This document shows, in pieces, positions 11,516 through 21,621 of a stretch of 64,000 bases of DNA. A program made the translations under genes and the position numbers. The stretch lies in the NCBI RefSeq assembly GCF_030013595.1, contig NZ_CP122768.1; one strand, given 5' to 3'. The notes under the pieces were generated by a model. That model searched no databases, was not told the DNA's origin, and saw nothing but the letters and a program-made list of their open reading frames with translations. Each line of letters opens with the position of its first letter. Positions within the stretch are counted from its first letter, which is position 1. Source of the stretch: Escherichia coli. GTDB taxonomy: Bacteria > Pseudomonadota > Gammaproteobacteria > Enterobacterales > Enterobacteriaceae.

Positions 11516-11611
11516 GCCGGATGCGGCGTGAATTCCTTATCCGGTCTACAAAATTTGCAAATCCAAAGCATTACATTAAGACATGGCCTGATAAACATAT
11601 CGCATCAGGCC
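11516..11611. repeat. REP elements (two palindromic units)
   Basis: gccggatgcggcgtgaattccttatccggtctaca (11516..11550) and ggcctgataaacatatcgcatcaggcc (11585..11611) resemble E. coli REP consensus units. Confidence 0.7.
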
Positions 11612-11634
11612 ATTTTCGTTAGCTATTGTCCACG

Positions 11635-12092
11635 TCAGGCTTTCACATCACTCACTGCACCGACCGGAATATCAGCATGAACAGGCTCGGGCGGTACTTT
11701 GCGATATTTATCCAGCAGATGGATCTGGATCCTGCGCAGCGTGCACCATTGAGGCGATAGAAACGGAAGTAGAGAATCAGCGTTACCATGAAAAACAGAG
11801 TCGGTAGAGCAATCATAATAAACTGCATACCTAATAGGGCTTGCGTAGACTGTTCAACATTCGGTACATAGCCAATCATCCCTAACACAACCGCAATGAA
11901 AAAAGCCGCAAAGGCTGAACCGCCCTTCACCACCATAGTCTGCACGGAGTAAGCGATGCTTTCACAGCGTACGTGCAGTTTATATTCACCGTAATCAACG
12001 GTATCTGCCACCATGATGACCTGTAATACCCAGAAAAGCGCCGTTCCCACATTCAGCAAGATACCCGCAATCACAATGAGGACGACGTTGTG
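11635..12092 (-). pseudogene. melB: melB 3' fragment (melibiose:Na+ symporter), separated from its 5' part by IS1 and carrying a 1-bp frameshift
   Basis: Minus-strand translation continues the melB N-terminal fragment across the IS1 target duplication (HNV then [13 protein letters not shown]...). At about 11741..11747 the frame shifts; the alternate frame gives [35 protein letters not shown] and stops at 11635..11637, matching the recalled MelB C-terminus. Confidence 0.8.
12084..12092. repeat. IS1 target site duplication, copy 1 (gacgttgtg)
   Basis: Identical 9-mer directly flanks both IS1 ends (12084..12092 and 12861..12869). Confidence 0.9.
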
Positions 12093-12107
12093 GGTAATGA
12101 CTCCAAC

Positions 12108-12611
12108 TTACTGATAGTGTTTTATGTTCAGATAATGCCCGATGACCTTGTCATGCAGCTCCACCGATTTTGAGAACGACAGTGACTTCCGTCCCAGCCT
12201 TGCCAGATGTTGTCTCAGATTCAGGTTATGCCGCTCAATGCGCTGAGTATAACGCTTGCTGATAACGTGCAGCTTTCCCTTCAGGCGTGATTCATACAGC
12301 GGCCAGCCATCCGTCATCCATACCACGACCTCAAAGGCCGACAGCAGGCTCAGAAGACGCTCCAGTGTGGCCAGAGTGCGTTCACCGAAGACGTGCGCCA
12401 CAACCGTCCTCCGCATCCTGTCATACGCGTAAAACAGCCAGCGCTGACGTGATTTAGCACCGACGTAGCCCCACTGTTCGTCCATTTCAGCGCAGACAAT
12501 CACATCACTGCCCGGTTGTATGCGCGAGGTTACCGACTGCGGCCTGAGTTTTTTAAGTGGCGGAAAATCGTGTTGAGGCCAACGCCAATAATGCGTGCAC
12601 TGGCGCGACAT
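12108..12611 (-). CDS. insB: IS1 transposase ORF InsB (expressed as InsAB' fusion by -1 frameshift)
   Basis: ORF track 167 aa ending ...[18 protein letters not shown], the recalled InsB C-terminus; the frameshift motif ttaaaaaactc lies on the minus strand at about 12546..12557. Confidence 0.9.
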   Translation of the reverse strand: MSRQCTHYWRWPQHDFPPLKKLRPQSVTSRIQPGSDVIVCAEMDEQWGYVGAKSRQRWLFYAYDRMRRTVVAHVFGERTLATLERLLSLLSAFEVVVWMTDGWPLYESRLKGKLHVISKRYTQRIERHNLNLRQHLARLGRKSLSFSKSVELHDKVIGHYLNIKHYQ

Positions 12612-12805
12612 CCGACGCCATTCATGGCCATATCAATGATTTTCTGGTGCGTACCGGGCTGAGAGGCGGCGTAAGTGAACTGTAGTTGCCATGTTTTACG
12701 GCAGTGAGAGCAGAGATAGCGCTGATGTCCGGCGGTGCTTTTGCCGTTACGCACCACCCCGTCAGTAGCTGAACAGGAGGGACAGCTGATAGAAACAGAA
12801 GCCAC
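12530..12805 (-). CDS. insA: IS1 InsA, transposition repressor / N-terminal part of transposase
   Basis: ORF track 91 aa [43 protein letters not shown]..., zinc-finger-like CxxC pairs; matches recalled InsA. Confidence 0.92.
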   Translation of the reverse strand: MASVSISCPSCSATDGVVRNGKSTAGHQRYLCSHCRKTWQLQFTYAASQPGTHQKIIDMAMNGVGCRASARIIGVGLNTIFRHLKNSGRSR

Positions 12806-12860
12806 TGGAGCACCTCAAAAACACCATCATACACTAAATCAGTAAGTTGGCAGCATCACC

Positions 12861-12869
12861 GACGTTGTG
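12861..12869. repeat. IS1 target site duplication, copy 2 (gacgttgtg)
   Basis: See copy 1; these 9 bp encode H-N-V of melB on the minus strand. Confidence 0.9.
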
Positions 12870-13832
12870 ATAGCTCATTAATGCCATTAACAGGAGAACA
12901 CCACAGCTTAACACCGGAAGAATAGATGCTCCGGCCCATAAAATGCGTCGGGATAATGATTTAACTAAGCGTGGGAAGAATACTAACGTCACCAGATTAG
13001 CAGCTCCCGCATACGACAGATAATAGGGGAACAAATCCGCATCACCGATAACATATGAGAAATAATAGATAGCAAAGCCGGTAATAATATTGCTGGCTAC
13101 ATTATAAGCAAGAGCCATACCCAAGAGGCATGAAAGCTGATCGTTTTTATAAATTAGCGCAACGATGGCTTTAAGTGTCAGATGGCTTCCTTCAGCAGAC
13201 GGTTGATTGTCTGACGAAAAGACTTCATGCACATTGCGCAGAGTGATGATGGTTGAAACAATAAAAAAGGCGATCAGTACCAGAGTGAACATCTGAAAGC
13301 CAAATCCCCGATCGCCACCGCCGACATAATTAACAAATGGTAGCGTCACACCTGCCGTAACAAAGCCTGCCAGACTGGCAAAAAAACGCGGATAAGGAAC
13401 CAGTTGTTCGCGCTCACGTTTATCGAGCGTTATGGTTGGAACCAGCGACCAGAAGGGAATATCCATAATGGTGTAAGTCATGCCCCAGAGGATGTAGGTC
13501 ACGCAAACAAAGACAATCTGAGTAGTACCTTCAAACAGATGCGCACTAAAGAGGAGAAATAAGATTACAGAGTTTGCCAACGTACCGATCAGGATCCAGG
13601 GTTTGAACTTACCCCATCGCGATCGCGTAGCATTTACAATCCATCCCATAATCGGATCGTTAATAGCATCCCAGATCCTCGCCACCAGAAACAAAGTACC
13701 GACCAAACCCACAGACAGCCCGACGACATCGGTGTAGTAATACATGAGGTACATATACACAATGCCGATCGCAAAATCCTTCCCGAACGCTCCAAATCCA
13801 TAACTGAGTTTTGTAGTCATTGAAATGCTCAT
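12861..13832 (-). pseudogene. melB: melB 5' fragment (melibiose:Na+ symporter), truncated by IS1
   Basis: ORF track 12834..13856 (340 aa) runs from the melB start region ([16 protein letters not shown]..., ATG at 13832) to ...LMSYHNV, then reads 8 codons into the IS1 IRL before stopping. Confidence 0.88.
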
Positions 13833-13934
13833 AGGGTATCGGGTCGTTGTTACCAACGCCCGCCTTCTGTTATTGGTATCGTCAGAGGTGTGCGCCGGAA
13901 TAAATCCCCCGGCGCAGTAGCGTTTAGTCGCGTT

Positions 13935-15290
13935 TTAACGGTGCAACCAGCCTGGCAGCCAGTCGCCGTGGGCGGCAATCAGGTCGTCAACAAGAGCATA
14001 TATTTCGTCAATGCCCAGCACGGCGGCAGTATGCGGGTCCATCATCGCGGCGTGGTAAACACGGTCGCGGTTTTCCGTAAGAATGGCTTCGGTCAGCAGC
14101 GTCTGTACGTTGATGTTGGTTTGCATCAGAGCGGCCAGATGCGAAGGTAGCGTACCGACTTTGGTCGGCTGAATGCCATTAGCATCAACCAGACAGGCTA
14201 CTTCCACGCAACATCCTTGTGGCAGGTTATCAATCAAATCATCGTTACGGACGTTGCCGTAAATCACACTCGGCTCGCCAGTCCAGATAGCGTTCATGAT
14301 TGTGCTGGCATATTCCCGTGACGGTTTAATATCAATCCGGGAGGCGTTTTTATACTCCTCCAGCTCTTTATGCCAGTTCGCCAGCTGCTCGACGCAGCGT
14401 TTCGGGTACTCATCCAGCGGTACTTTATAACGCTCAATCAAATCCTCACGACCTGGCTTAATAAACCACGGTGTGTACTCAGCAAAATGTTCTGACGATT
14501 CCGTGACGAAGTAGCCCAGCTTTTTGAACATTTCGTAGCGCACAATATTCTGGCAGCGAGTATTGCCATGAATATTCGGCTTCGGTGCCTGCCCTGCTTC
14601 ATAAGCCGCCAGCAGTTCCGGGTAGAGATTCACGTAACTGCCGTCGGCGGTTTTGCGCTCCAGTTCCAGGTAAAACGCCATATGGTTGATACCTGCACAA
14701 CGGTAACGCAGCGTAGACGGGTCGATATTGAGGTCACGCGCCAGCTCTTCCGCCGTTCCCTGCACCGAATGGCACAGCCCTACCTGTTTGATATGCGGAT
14801 AGCGGGCATACATCGCCCAGGTATTCATCGCCATTGGGTTAACATAGTTGAGCATGGTGGCATCGGGGCAGACTTCCGTCATGTCCTCGCAAATTTGCCA
14901 CAGATGCGGAATGGTACGTAGCGCGCGCATAATACCGCCCGGCCCCAACGTATCGGCAATGGTTTGTTCCAGACCATGCCGCTTACAGACCTCGAAATCA
15001 GTCACCGTGCAAGGTTCATAACCGCCAATCTGAAATGCCACCACGACAAAATCAGCATCCTGTAAGGCTTCTTTCTGTTGGGTGTGGCAGGTGATTTTGC
15101 CGCTGGCCCCTGCTGAATCCATCAGCTTACGCACCACAATGTGCGACTCTTCCAGGCGGGTGGGATCAATGTCCATCAGGGCAATATGCGCCGTTTTCAG
15201 CGCCTCGCGATGGAACACATCACCAAGAATATTTTTAACGAAAATCGTCGAACCAGCGCCGATAAATGTAATTTTGGGTGCAGACATCAT
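13935..15290 (-). CDS. melA: Alpha-galactosidase (melibiase), NAD/Mn-dependent GH4 family
   Basis: ORF track 451 aa, ATG-ATG start at 15290; N-terminal Rossmann motif ITFIGAGS; divergent from melR. Confidence 0.93.
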   Translation of the reverse strand: MMSAPKITFIGAGSTIFVKNILGDVFHREALKTAHIALMDIDPTRLEESHIVVRKLMDSAGASGKITCHTQQKEALQDADFVVVAFQIGGYEPCTVTDFEVCKRHGLEQTIADTLGPGGIMRALRTIPHLWQICEDMTEVCPDATMLNYVNPMAMNTWAMYARYPHIKQVGLCHSVQGTAEELARDLNIDPSTLRYRCAGINHMAFYLELERKTADGSYVNLYPELLAAYEAGQAPKPNIHGNTRCQNIVRYEMFKKLGYFVTESSEHFAEYTPWFIKPGREDLIERYKVPLDEYPKRCVEQLANWHKELEEYKNASRIDIKPSREYASTIMNAIWTGEPSVIYGNVRNDDLIDNLPQGCCVEVACLVDANGIQPTKVGTLPSHLAALMQTNINVQTLLTEAILTENRDRVYHAAMMDPHTAAVLGIDEIYALVDDLIAAHGDWLPGWLHR

Positions 15291-15572
15291 GCAGATCTCC
15301 TAGCTTGCTTGAATAACTTCATCATGGCAGGCGAATCTGCAGAAAACCTCCGGCTTCCAGGTTGAGCATTCCCATAAACTCAGATCCTACGTGAAGCAGC
15401 AGTAAATCTGAGTTTATGGGAATAAATTACCTGAAAAGCAGAGTTTTCGGCCTCAGAATGCTCGGACGGTCCCCTCGCCTCTCTGGGAAGAGAGTGAAAA
15501 CCGTGCTCCCACTCGCAGTCATCCTCCCTCACTCCTGCCATAATTCTGATATTCCAGGAAAGAGAGCCATCC
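15291..15572. promoter_or_regulatory. Divergent melR / melAB control region
   Basis: Intergenic region between divergent melA (minus) and melR (plus); known in E. coli to hold MelR and CRP sites. Individual sites not resolved by eye. Confidence 0.5.
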
Positions 15573-16481
15573 ATGAATAAAGATACGTTTATGTGCAGTA
15601 GCGACGAAAAACAGACCCGCAGCCCGCTATCGCTGTATTCGGAATACCAGCGGATGGAGATTGAGTTTCGCGCACCGCATATCATGCCCACCAGCCACTG
15701 GCATGGTCAGGTCGAAGTGAATGTGCCTTTCGATGGCGATGTGGAATACCTGATCAACAATGAAAAAGTGAATATCAATCAGGGTCATATCACGCTGTTC
15801 TGGGCCTGTACACCGCACCAACTAACAGATACCGGAACCTGTCAGAGCATGGCGATTTTTAATCTGCCGATGCATCTGTTTCTCTCCTGGCCGCTGGATA
15901 AAGACCTGATTAACCACGTCACTCACGGTATGGTGATCAAATCACTGGCGACACAGCAACTTAGCCCGTTTGAAGTGCGCCGCTGGCAGCAGGAATTGAA
16001 CAGTCCGAACGAGCAAATTCGCCAGCTCGCCATTGATGAAATTGGCCTGATGCTCAAGCGATTTAGCCTCTCTGGCTGGGAACCGATTCTGGTCAATAAA
16101 ACCTCGCGCACACACAAAAACAGCGTCTCGCGCCATGCGCAATTTTATGTCAGCCAGATGCTGGGCTTTATTGCCGAAAACTATGATCAGGCGCTGACCA
16201 TCAACGATGTGGCTGAGCACGTCAAACTTAACGCCAACTATGCAATGGGGATATTCCAGCGGGTCATGCAATTGACGATGAAACAGTACATTACCGCGAT
16301 GCGCATCAACCACGTTCGCGCGTTACTGAGCGATACCGATAAAAGTATTCTCGATATTGCCCTGACGGCAGGCTTTCGTTCAAGTAGTCGTTTTTACAGC
16401 ACGTTCGGCAAATATGTCGGCATGTCGCCGCAACAATACCGCAAACTTAGCCAACAGCGCCGCCAGACGTTTCCCGGCTAA
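15573..16481 (+). CDS. melR: AraC-family melibiose operon activator
   Basis: ORF track 302 aa, ATG start; C-terminal AraC-type HTH region. Confidence 0.93.
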   Translation: MNKDTFMCSSDEKQTRSPLSLYSEYQRMEIEFRAPHIMPTSHWHGQVEVNVPFDGDVEYLINNEKVNINQGHITLFWACTPHQLTDTGTCQSMAIFNLPMHLFLSWPLDKDLINHVTHGMVIKSLATQQLSPFEVRRWQQELNSPNEQIRQLAIDEIGLMLKRFSLSGWEPILVNKTSRTHKNSVSRHAQFYVSQMLGFIAENYDQALTINDVAEHVKLNANYAMGIFQRVMQLTMKQYITAMRINHVRALLSDTDKSILDIALTAGFRSSSRFYSTFGKYVGMSPQQYRKLSQQRRQTFPG

Positions 16482-16679
16482 AGACGATATCAGTATCAGC
16501 CAAAAAAATAGTTTAGCCGTCGATAATAAGCAGTGAAAATAATTTAAAATAATCACATAACATATTGTTTATAAAAACAAATATTTCAAAAATGTTTGTT
16601 TTTCACGCGCTTTACAGCCCGAAAAGGCCGGAAGATACTTGCCCGCACCGAAGATTCCTTCATAACCGGGTAAGCAATG

Positions 16680-18947
16680 ATGAAAGTATTAATTGTTGAA
16701 AGCGAGTTTCTCCATCAAGACACCTGGGTCGGTAACGCCGTTGAGCGTCTGGCAGATGCTTTAAGCCAGCAAAATGTTACCGTGATTAAATCCACCTCCT
16801 TTGATGATGGTTTTGCCATTCTCTCTTCAAACGAAGCCATTGACTGCCTGATGTTCAGCTATCAAATGGAACATCCGGACGAACATCAAAACGTCAGACA
16901 ATTGATCGGTAAGCTTCATGAGCGCCAACAAAACGTGCCGGTCTTCCTGTTGGGCGATCGGGAAAAAGCCCTCGCCGCAATGGATCGCGACCTGCTGGAG
17001 CTTGTCGATGAATTCGCCTGGATTCTGGAAGATACCGCCGACTTTATCGCCGGACGCGCCGTTGCCGCGATGACCCGCTACCGCCAGCAACTGTTGCCGC
17101 CACTGTTCAGCGCGCTGATGAAATATAGCGACATCCATGAATATTCCTGGGCAGCACCAGGCCACCAGGGTGGCGTTGGTTTTACCAAAACACCCGCCGG
17201 ACGTTTCTACCATGACTACTATGGTGAAAACCTGTTCCGCACCGACATGGGCATCGAACGAACTTCCCTCGGTTCTTTGCTTGACCATACTGGCGCATTT
17301 GGCGAAAGCGAAAAATATGCTGCACGCGTATTTGGTGCCGATCGCTCCTGGTCGGTAGTCGTCGGTACTTCCGGCTCTAACCGCACCATCATGCAGGCTT
17401 GCATGACCGATAACGATGTCGTGGTCGTTGACCGTAACTGCCATAAATCCATCGAACAAGGCTTGATGCTGACAGGCGCGAAACCGGTCTACATGGTGCC
17501 AAGCCGCAACCGCTACGGCATTATCGGGCCAATCTATCCGCAGGAAATGCAACCTGAAACCTTGCAGAAGAAAATCAGTGAAAGCCCGCTGAATAAAGAC
17601 AAAGCCGGGCAAAAACCGTCTTACTGCGTGGTGACCAACTGCACCTATGACGGCGTGTGTTATAACGCTAAAGAAGCGCAGGATCTGCTGGAAAAAACCT
17701 CCGATCGTCTGCACTTTGACGAAGCCTGGTACGGCTATGCACGTTTCAACCCGATCTATGCCGATCACTATGCCATGCGCGGCGAACCTGGCGATCACAA
17801 CGGTCCTACCGTTTTCGCCACCCACTCCACCCACAAACTGCTGAATGCGCTGTCACAGGCCTCTTATATTCATGTACGTGAAGGTCGTGGGGCGATTAAC
17901 TTCTCCCGCTTCAACCAGGCCTACATGATGCATGCCACCACCTCCCCGCTGTATGCCATCTGCGCATCCAACGACGTGGCGGTGTCGATGATGGACGGCA
18001 ACAGCGGCCTGTCACTGACCCAGGAAGTGATCGACGAAGCGGTTGATTTCCGTCAGGCGATGGCGCGGCTGTATAAAGAGTTCACCGCTGACGGTAGCTG
18101 GTTCTTCAAACCGTGGAACAAAGAAGTCGTCACCGACCCACAAACCGGCAAAACCTATGACTTTGCTGACGCACCAACCAAACTGCTGACCACCGTTCAG
18201 GACTGCTGGGTCATGCATCCGGGCGAAAGCTGGCACGGCTTCAAAGATATTCCGGATAACTGGAGTATGCTCGACCCGATTAAAGTCAGCATCCTTGCTC
18301 CGGGAATGGGTGAAGATGGTGAACTGGAAGAAACCGGTGTTCCGGCGGCGCTGGTCACTGCCTGGCTTGGTCGCCACGGCATTGTGCCTACCCGCACCAC
18401 TGACTTCCAAATTATGTTCCTGTTCTCTATGGGCGTAACCCGTGGGAAATGGGGGACTCTGGTTAACACCCTTTGCTCCTTCAAACGCCACTATGACGCC
18501 AACACACCGCTGGCGCAGGTGATGCCGGAACTTGTTGAACAATATCCTGACACTTACGCGAACATGGGGATTCACGATCTGGGTGACACCATGTTTGCCT
18601 GGCTGAAAGAAAACAACCCTGGCGCACGGTTGAACGAAGCCTATTCCGGCCTGCCGGTGGCGGAAATCACCCCGCGTGAAGCGTACAACGCGATTGTCGA
18701 CAACAATGTCGAACTGGTATCCATTGAAAATCTGCCAGGACGCATCGCGGCAAACTCAGTTATCCCGTATCCGCCAGGAATCCCGATGCTGCTGTCTGGT
18801 GAAAACTTCGGCGATAAAAACAGTCCGCAAGTAAGTTATTTACGCTCGCTGCAATCCTGGGACCATCATTTCCCTGGATTTGAACACGAAACAGAAGGGA
18901 CAGAAATTATTGACGGTATTTACCACGTTATGTGTGTGAAAGCGTAA
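16680..18947 (+). CDS. adiA: Biodegradative (acid-inducible) arginine decarboxylase
   Basis: ORF track 16677..18947 has tandem ATG codons; the second ATG (MKVLIVESEF) gives 755 aa; PLP-dependent fold (STHKLL lysine motif). Confidence 0.92.
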   Translation: MKVLIVESEFLHQDTWVGNAVERLADALSQQNVTVIKSTSFDDGFAILSSNEAIDCLMFSYQMEHPDEHQNVRQLIGKLHERQQNVPVFLLGDREKALAAMDRDLLELVDEFAWILEDTADFIAGRAVAAMTRYRQQLLPPLFSALMKYSDIHEYSWAAPGHQGGVGFTKTPAGRFYHDYYGENLFRTDMGIERTSLGSLLDHTGAFGESEKYAARVFGADRSWSVVVGTSGSNRTIMQACMTDNDVVVVDRNCHKSIEQGLMLTGAKPVYMVPSRNRYGIIGPIYPQEMQPETLQKKISESPLNKDKAGQKPSYCVVTNCTYDGVCYNAKEAQDLLEKTSDRLHFDEAWYGYARFNPIYADHYAMRGEPGDHNGPTVFATHSTHKLLNALSQASYIHVREGRGAINFSRFNQAYMMHATTSPLYAICASNDVAVSMMDGNSGLSLTQEVIDEAVDFRQAMARLYKEFTADGSWFFKPWNKEVVTDPQTGKTYDFADAPTKLLTTVQDCWVMHPGESWHGFKDIPDNWSMLDPIKVSILAPGMGEDGELEETGVPAALVTAWLGRHGIVPTRTTDFQIMFLFSMGVTRGKWGTLVNTLCSFKRHYDANTPLAQVMPELVEQYPDTYANMGIHDLGDTMFAWLKENNPGARLNEAYSGLPVAEITPREAYNAIVDNNVELVSIENLPGRIAANSVIPYPPGIPMLLSGENFGDKNSPQVSYLRSLQSWDHHFPGFEHETEGTEIIDGIYHVMCVKA

Positions 18948-19064
18948 CCACTATTCCGCTGAAGGCGTAATTGTTAAATAACATTACGCCGCCTGGCTTG
19001 AGGCCTTTTAAGTATGGCAACGTTTTCATAAAAATTGCTGCAAACAAAAAATGTCATGCTTTTT

Positions 19065-19091
19065 GCGCGGTCCCACCCCGCGCTTTTTTTT
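19065..19091 (+). terminator. Rho-independent terminator downstream of adiA
   Basis: gcgcgg / loop tcccacc / ccgcgc followed by an 8-T run, read directly. Confidence 0.7.
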
Positions 19092-19282
19092 GCCTGTTAT
19101 TTATCCTTTTTTTAGCCTGTAAAAAAATATGTACATGAGAAATTACTATAAAAATTTGTAATATTAGTAAAACTCGTTATTTTTATGCATGTTTATATTC
19201 ATCATACAATTATATAACCATTTCCCGGTATCGCTTTGCTTTAGCGAGAACTGGTCTTTTATTCGCACTCAGGAGTACATGT

Positions 19283-20044
19283 ATGAGGATTTGCAGCGAC
19301 CAACCTTGTATTGTTTTATTGACTGAAAAAGATGTCTGGATAAGGGTGAATGGGAAAGAACCTATTAGCCTTAAAGCTAACCATATGGCGTTATTAAATT
19401 GTGAAAATAATATTATCGACGTCTCCTCTCTTAATAACACTTTGGTTGCTCATATTAGTCACGACATCATCAAAGATTACCTCCGGTTTCTGAATAAAGA
19501 TCTCTCGCAAATACCAGTATGGCAACGTAGCGCTACGCCCATCCTCACTCTGCCATGCCTGACGCCAGACGTCTTTCGCGTTGCCGCGCAACACAGCATG
19601 ATGCCCGCTGAAACTGAGTCAGAAAAGGAACGAACACGTGCATTATTATTCACTGTGCTATCCCGTTTTCTCGACAGTAAAAAATTCCTTTCACTAATGA
19701 TGTATATGTTACGTAATTGTGTAAGTGACAGCGTTTATCAAATTATTGAAAGCGATATCCACAAAGACTGGAATCTTAGTATGGTAGCCAGTTGTTTATG
19801 TCTTAGCCCGAGTCTGTTAAAGAAAAAGCTGAAAAGCGAAAACACCAGTTATAGCCAAATAATCACCACCTGCCGCATGCGTTATGCCGTAAATGAATTA
19901 ATGATGGACGGTAAAAATATCTCTCAGGTATCACAGTCCTGCGGCTACAACAGTACGTCGTACTTTATTTCTGTCTTTAAAGACTTCTACGGTATGACGC
20001 CTCTGCATTATGTTAGTCAGCACAGAGAACGCACTGTCGCCTGA
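19283..20044 (+). CDS. adiY: AraC-family regulator of the arginine-dependent acid resistance genes
   Basis: ORF track 253 aa, ATG with AGGAG 8 bp upstream; low-GC gene; AraC-type HTH at the C-terminus; between adiA and adiC. Confidence 0.92.
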   Translation: MRICSDQPCIVLLTEKDVWIRVNGKEPISLKANHMALLNCENNIIDVSSLNNTLVAHISHDIIKDYLRFLNKDLSQIPVWQRSATPILTLPCLTPDVFRVAAQHSMMPAETESEKERTRALLFTVLSRFLDSKKFLSLMMYMLRNCVSDSVYQIIESDIHKDWNLSMVASCLCLSPSLLKKKLKSENTSYSQIITTCRMRYAVNELMMDGKNISQVSQSCGYNSTSYFISVFKDFYGMTPLHYVSQHRERTVA

Positions 20045-20180
20045 TTTTTAACCTTAACGAAGAGCTATATTAATAACGGCATCAGCGATAACCTGGTCGA
20101 TAATAATTCAACTATCGAATGCAGGCGTATGATATGACGTAATTTATTGTCACGAAGCTCGCCTTCGCAGGAGTTTAATT

Positions 20181-21518
20181 ATGTCTTCGGATGCTGATGC
20201 TCACAAAGTGGGCTTAATCCCCGTCACCCTGATGGTGTCGGGGAATATTATGGGGTCAGGTGTTTTTCTGTTACCTGCAAACCTGGCCTCCACTGGCGGG
20301 ATTGCCATTTATGGATGGTTGGTGACGATTATCGGTGCGCTGGGGCTCTCGATGGTATACGCCAAAATGTCGTTCCTCGACCCAAGTCCTGGTGGTTCTT
20401 ACGCTTACGCCCGCCGCTGCTTTGGCCCGTTTCTCGGTTATCAAACCAACGTCCTCTATTGGCTGGCCTGCTGGATCGGCAATATCGCCATGGTGGTCAT
20501 TGGCGTAGGTTATTTAAGTTACTTCTTCCCGATTCTGAAAGATCCATTGGTATTAACCATCACCTGCGTCGTGGTGCTGTGGATCTTCGTCCTGCTGAAT
20601 ATTGTCGGTCCGAAAATGATCACCCGCGTGCAGGCCGTTGCCACCGTGCTGGCGCTGATCCCCATCGTCGGGATTGCCGTATTTGGCTGGTTCTGGTTCC
20701 GTGGTGAAACCTATATGGCGGCATGGAACGTCAGCGGCCTGGGCACCTTCGGCGCGATTCAAAGTACCCTTAACGTTACGCTGTGGTCGTTCATCGGTGT
20801 GGAAAGTGCCTCCGTTGCCGCAGGTGTGGTGAAAAACCCGAAACGCAACGTCCCTATCGCCACCATTGGTGGGGTATTGATTGCCGCCGTTTGCTATGTG
20901 CTCTCCACCACCGCGATTATGGGGATGATCCCTAATGCCGCACTGCGCGTTTCTGCCTCGCCATTCGGTGATGCCGCACGGATGGCGTTGGGTGACACCG
21001 CCGGGGCCATTGTTTCCTTCTGCGCAGCTGCGGGCTGCTTAGGTTCACTGGGCGGCTGGACATTGCTGGCGGGTCAAACGGCGAAAGCCGCTGCCGATGA
21101 CGGACTGTTCCCACCAATTTTTGCCCGTGTTAATAAAGCGGGTACACCAGTGGCGGGGCTGATTATCGTCGGTATTTTGATGACCATCTTCCAGCTCAGC
21201 AGCATTTCACCAAACGCGACCAAAGAGTTCGGTCTGGTTTCTTCCGTCTCGGTCATCTTTACACTGGTGCCATATCTTTACACCTGTGCGGCGTTACTGC
21301 TGCTCGGCCACGGTCACTTTGGTAAAGCACGCCCGGCATATCTGGCAGTTACTACCATTGCCTTCCTCTACTGCATCTGGGCCGTGGTGGGGTCCGGGGC
21401 GAAAGAGGTTATGTGGTCATTTGTCACCCTGATGGTCATCACCGCCATGTATGCGCTGAATTACAACCGGCTGCATAAAAACCCGTATCCCTTAGATGCA
21501 CCAATAAGCAAAGATTAA
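20181..21518 (+). CDS. adiC: Arginine:agmatine antiporter (APC family)
   Basis: ORF track 445 aa, ATG start; 12-TM APC transporter; synteny with adiA and adiY. Confidence 0.93.
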
Positions 21519-21544
21519 TTCCCCTTAATCCAGCAAACATAAAA

Positions 21545-21578
21545 GCCAACCTTAAGAACTTAAGGTTGGCTTAATTTT
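21545..21578 (+). terminator. Rho-independent terminator after adiC
   Basis: gccaaccttaag / cttaaggttggc 12-bp inverted repeat followed by ttaattttg. Confidence 0.7.
21559..21575 (+). promoter_or_regulatory. Putative PmrA (BasR) box upstream of eptA (CTTAAG-N5-CTTAAT)
   Basis: Direct repeat of hexamers with 5-bp spacer (cttaag gttgg cttaat) 47 bp upstream of the eptA ATG; fits the recalled PmrA-box consensus YTTAAK-N5-YTTAAK. Confidence 0.6.
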
Positions 21579-21621
21579 GCTTTGCGAGCATATGCGCACT
21601 TTGTTCGATGGAAACACCGTG

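Larger units (their letters stand above)
12093..12860 (-). mobile_element. IS1: IS1 insertion sequence, complete 768 bp copy with both terminal inverted repeats
   Basis: Ends read ggtaatgactccaacttactgat (12093..) and ...atcagtaagttggcagcatcacc (..12860), the IS1 IRR and IRL on the reverse strand; contains insA and insB and the A6C frameshift motif; flanked by a 9-bp direct repeat. Confidence 0.95.

Noticed and set aside
16827-17834. 335-codon ORF antisense to adiA
   Set aside because: Lies entirely within and opposite the well-supported adiA CDS; GC-rich antisense frames often stay open by chance and there is no RBS or start context.
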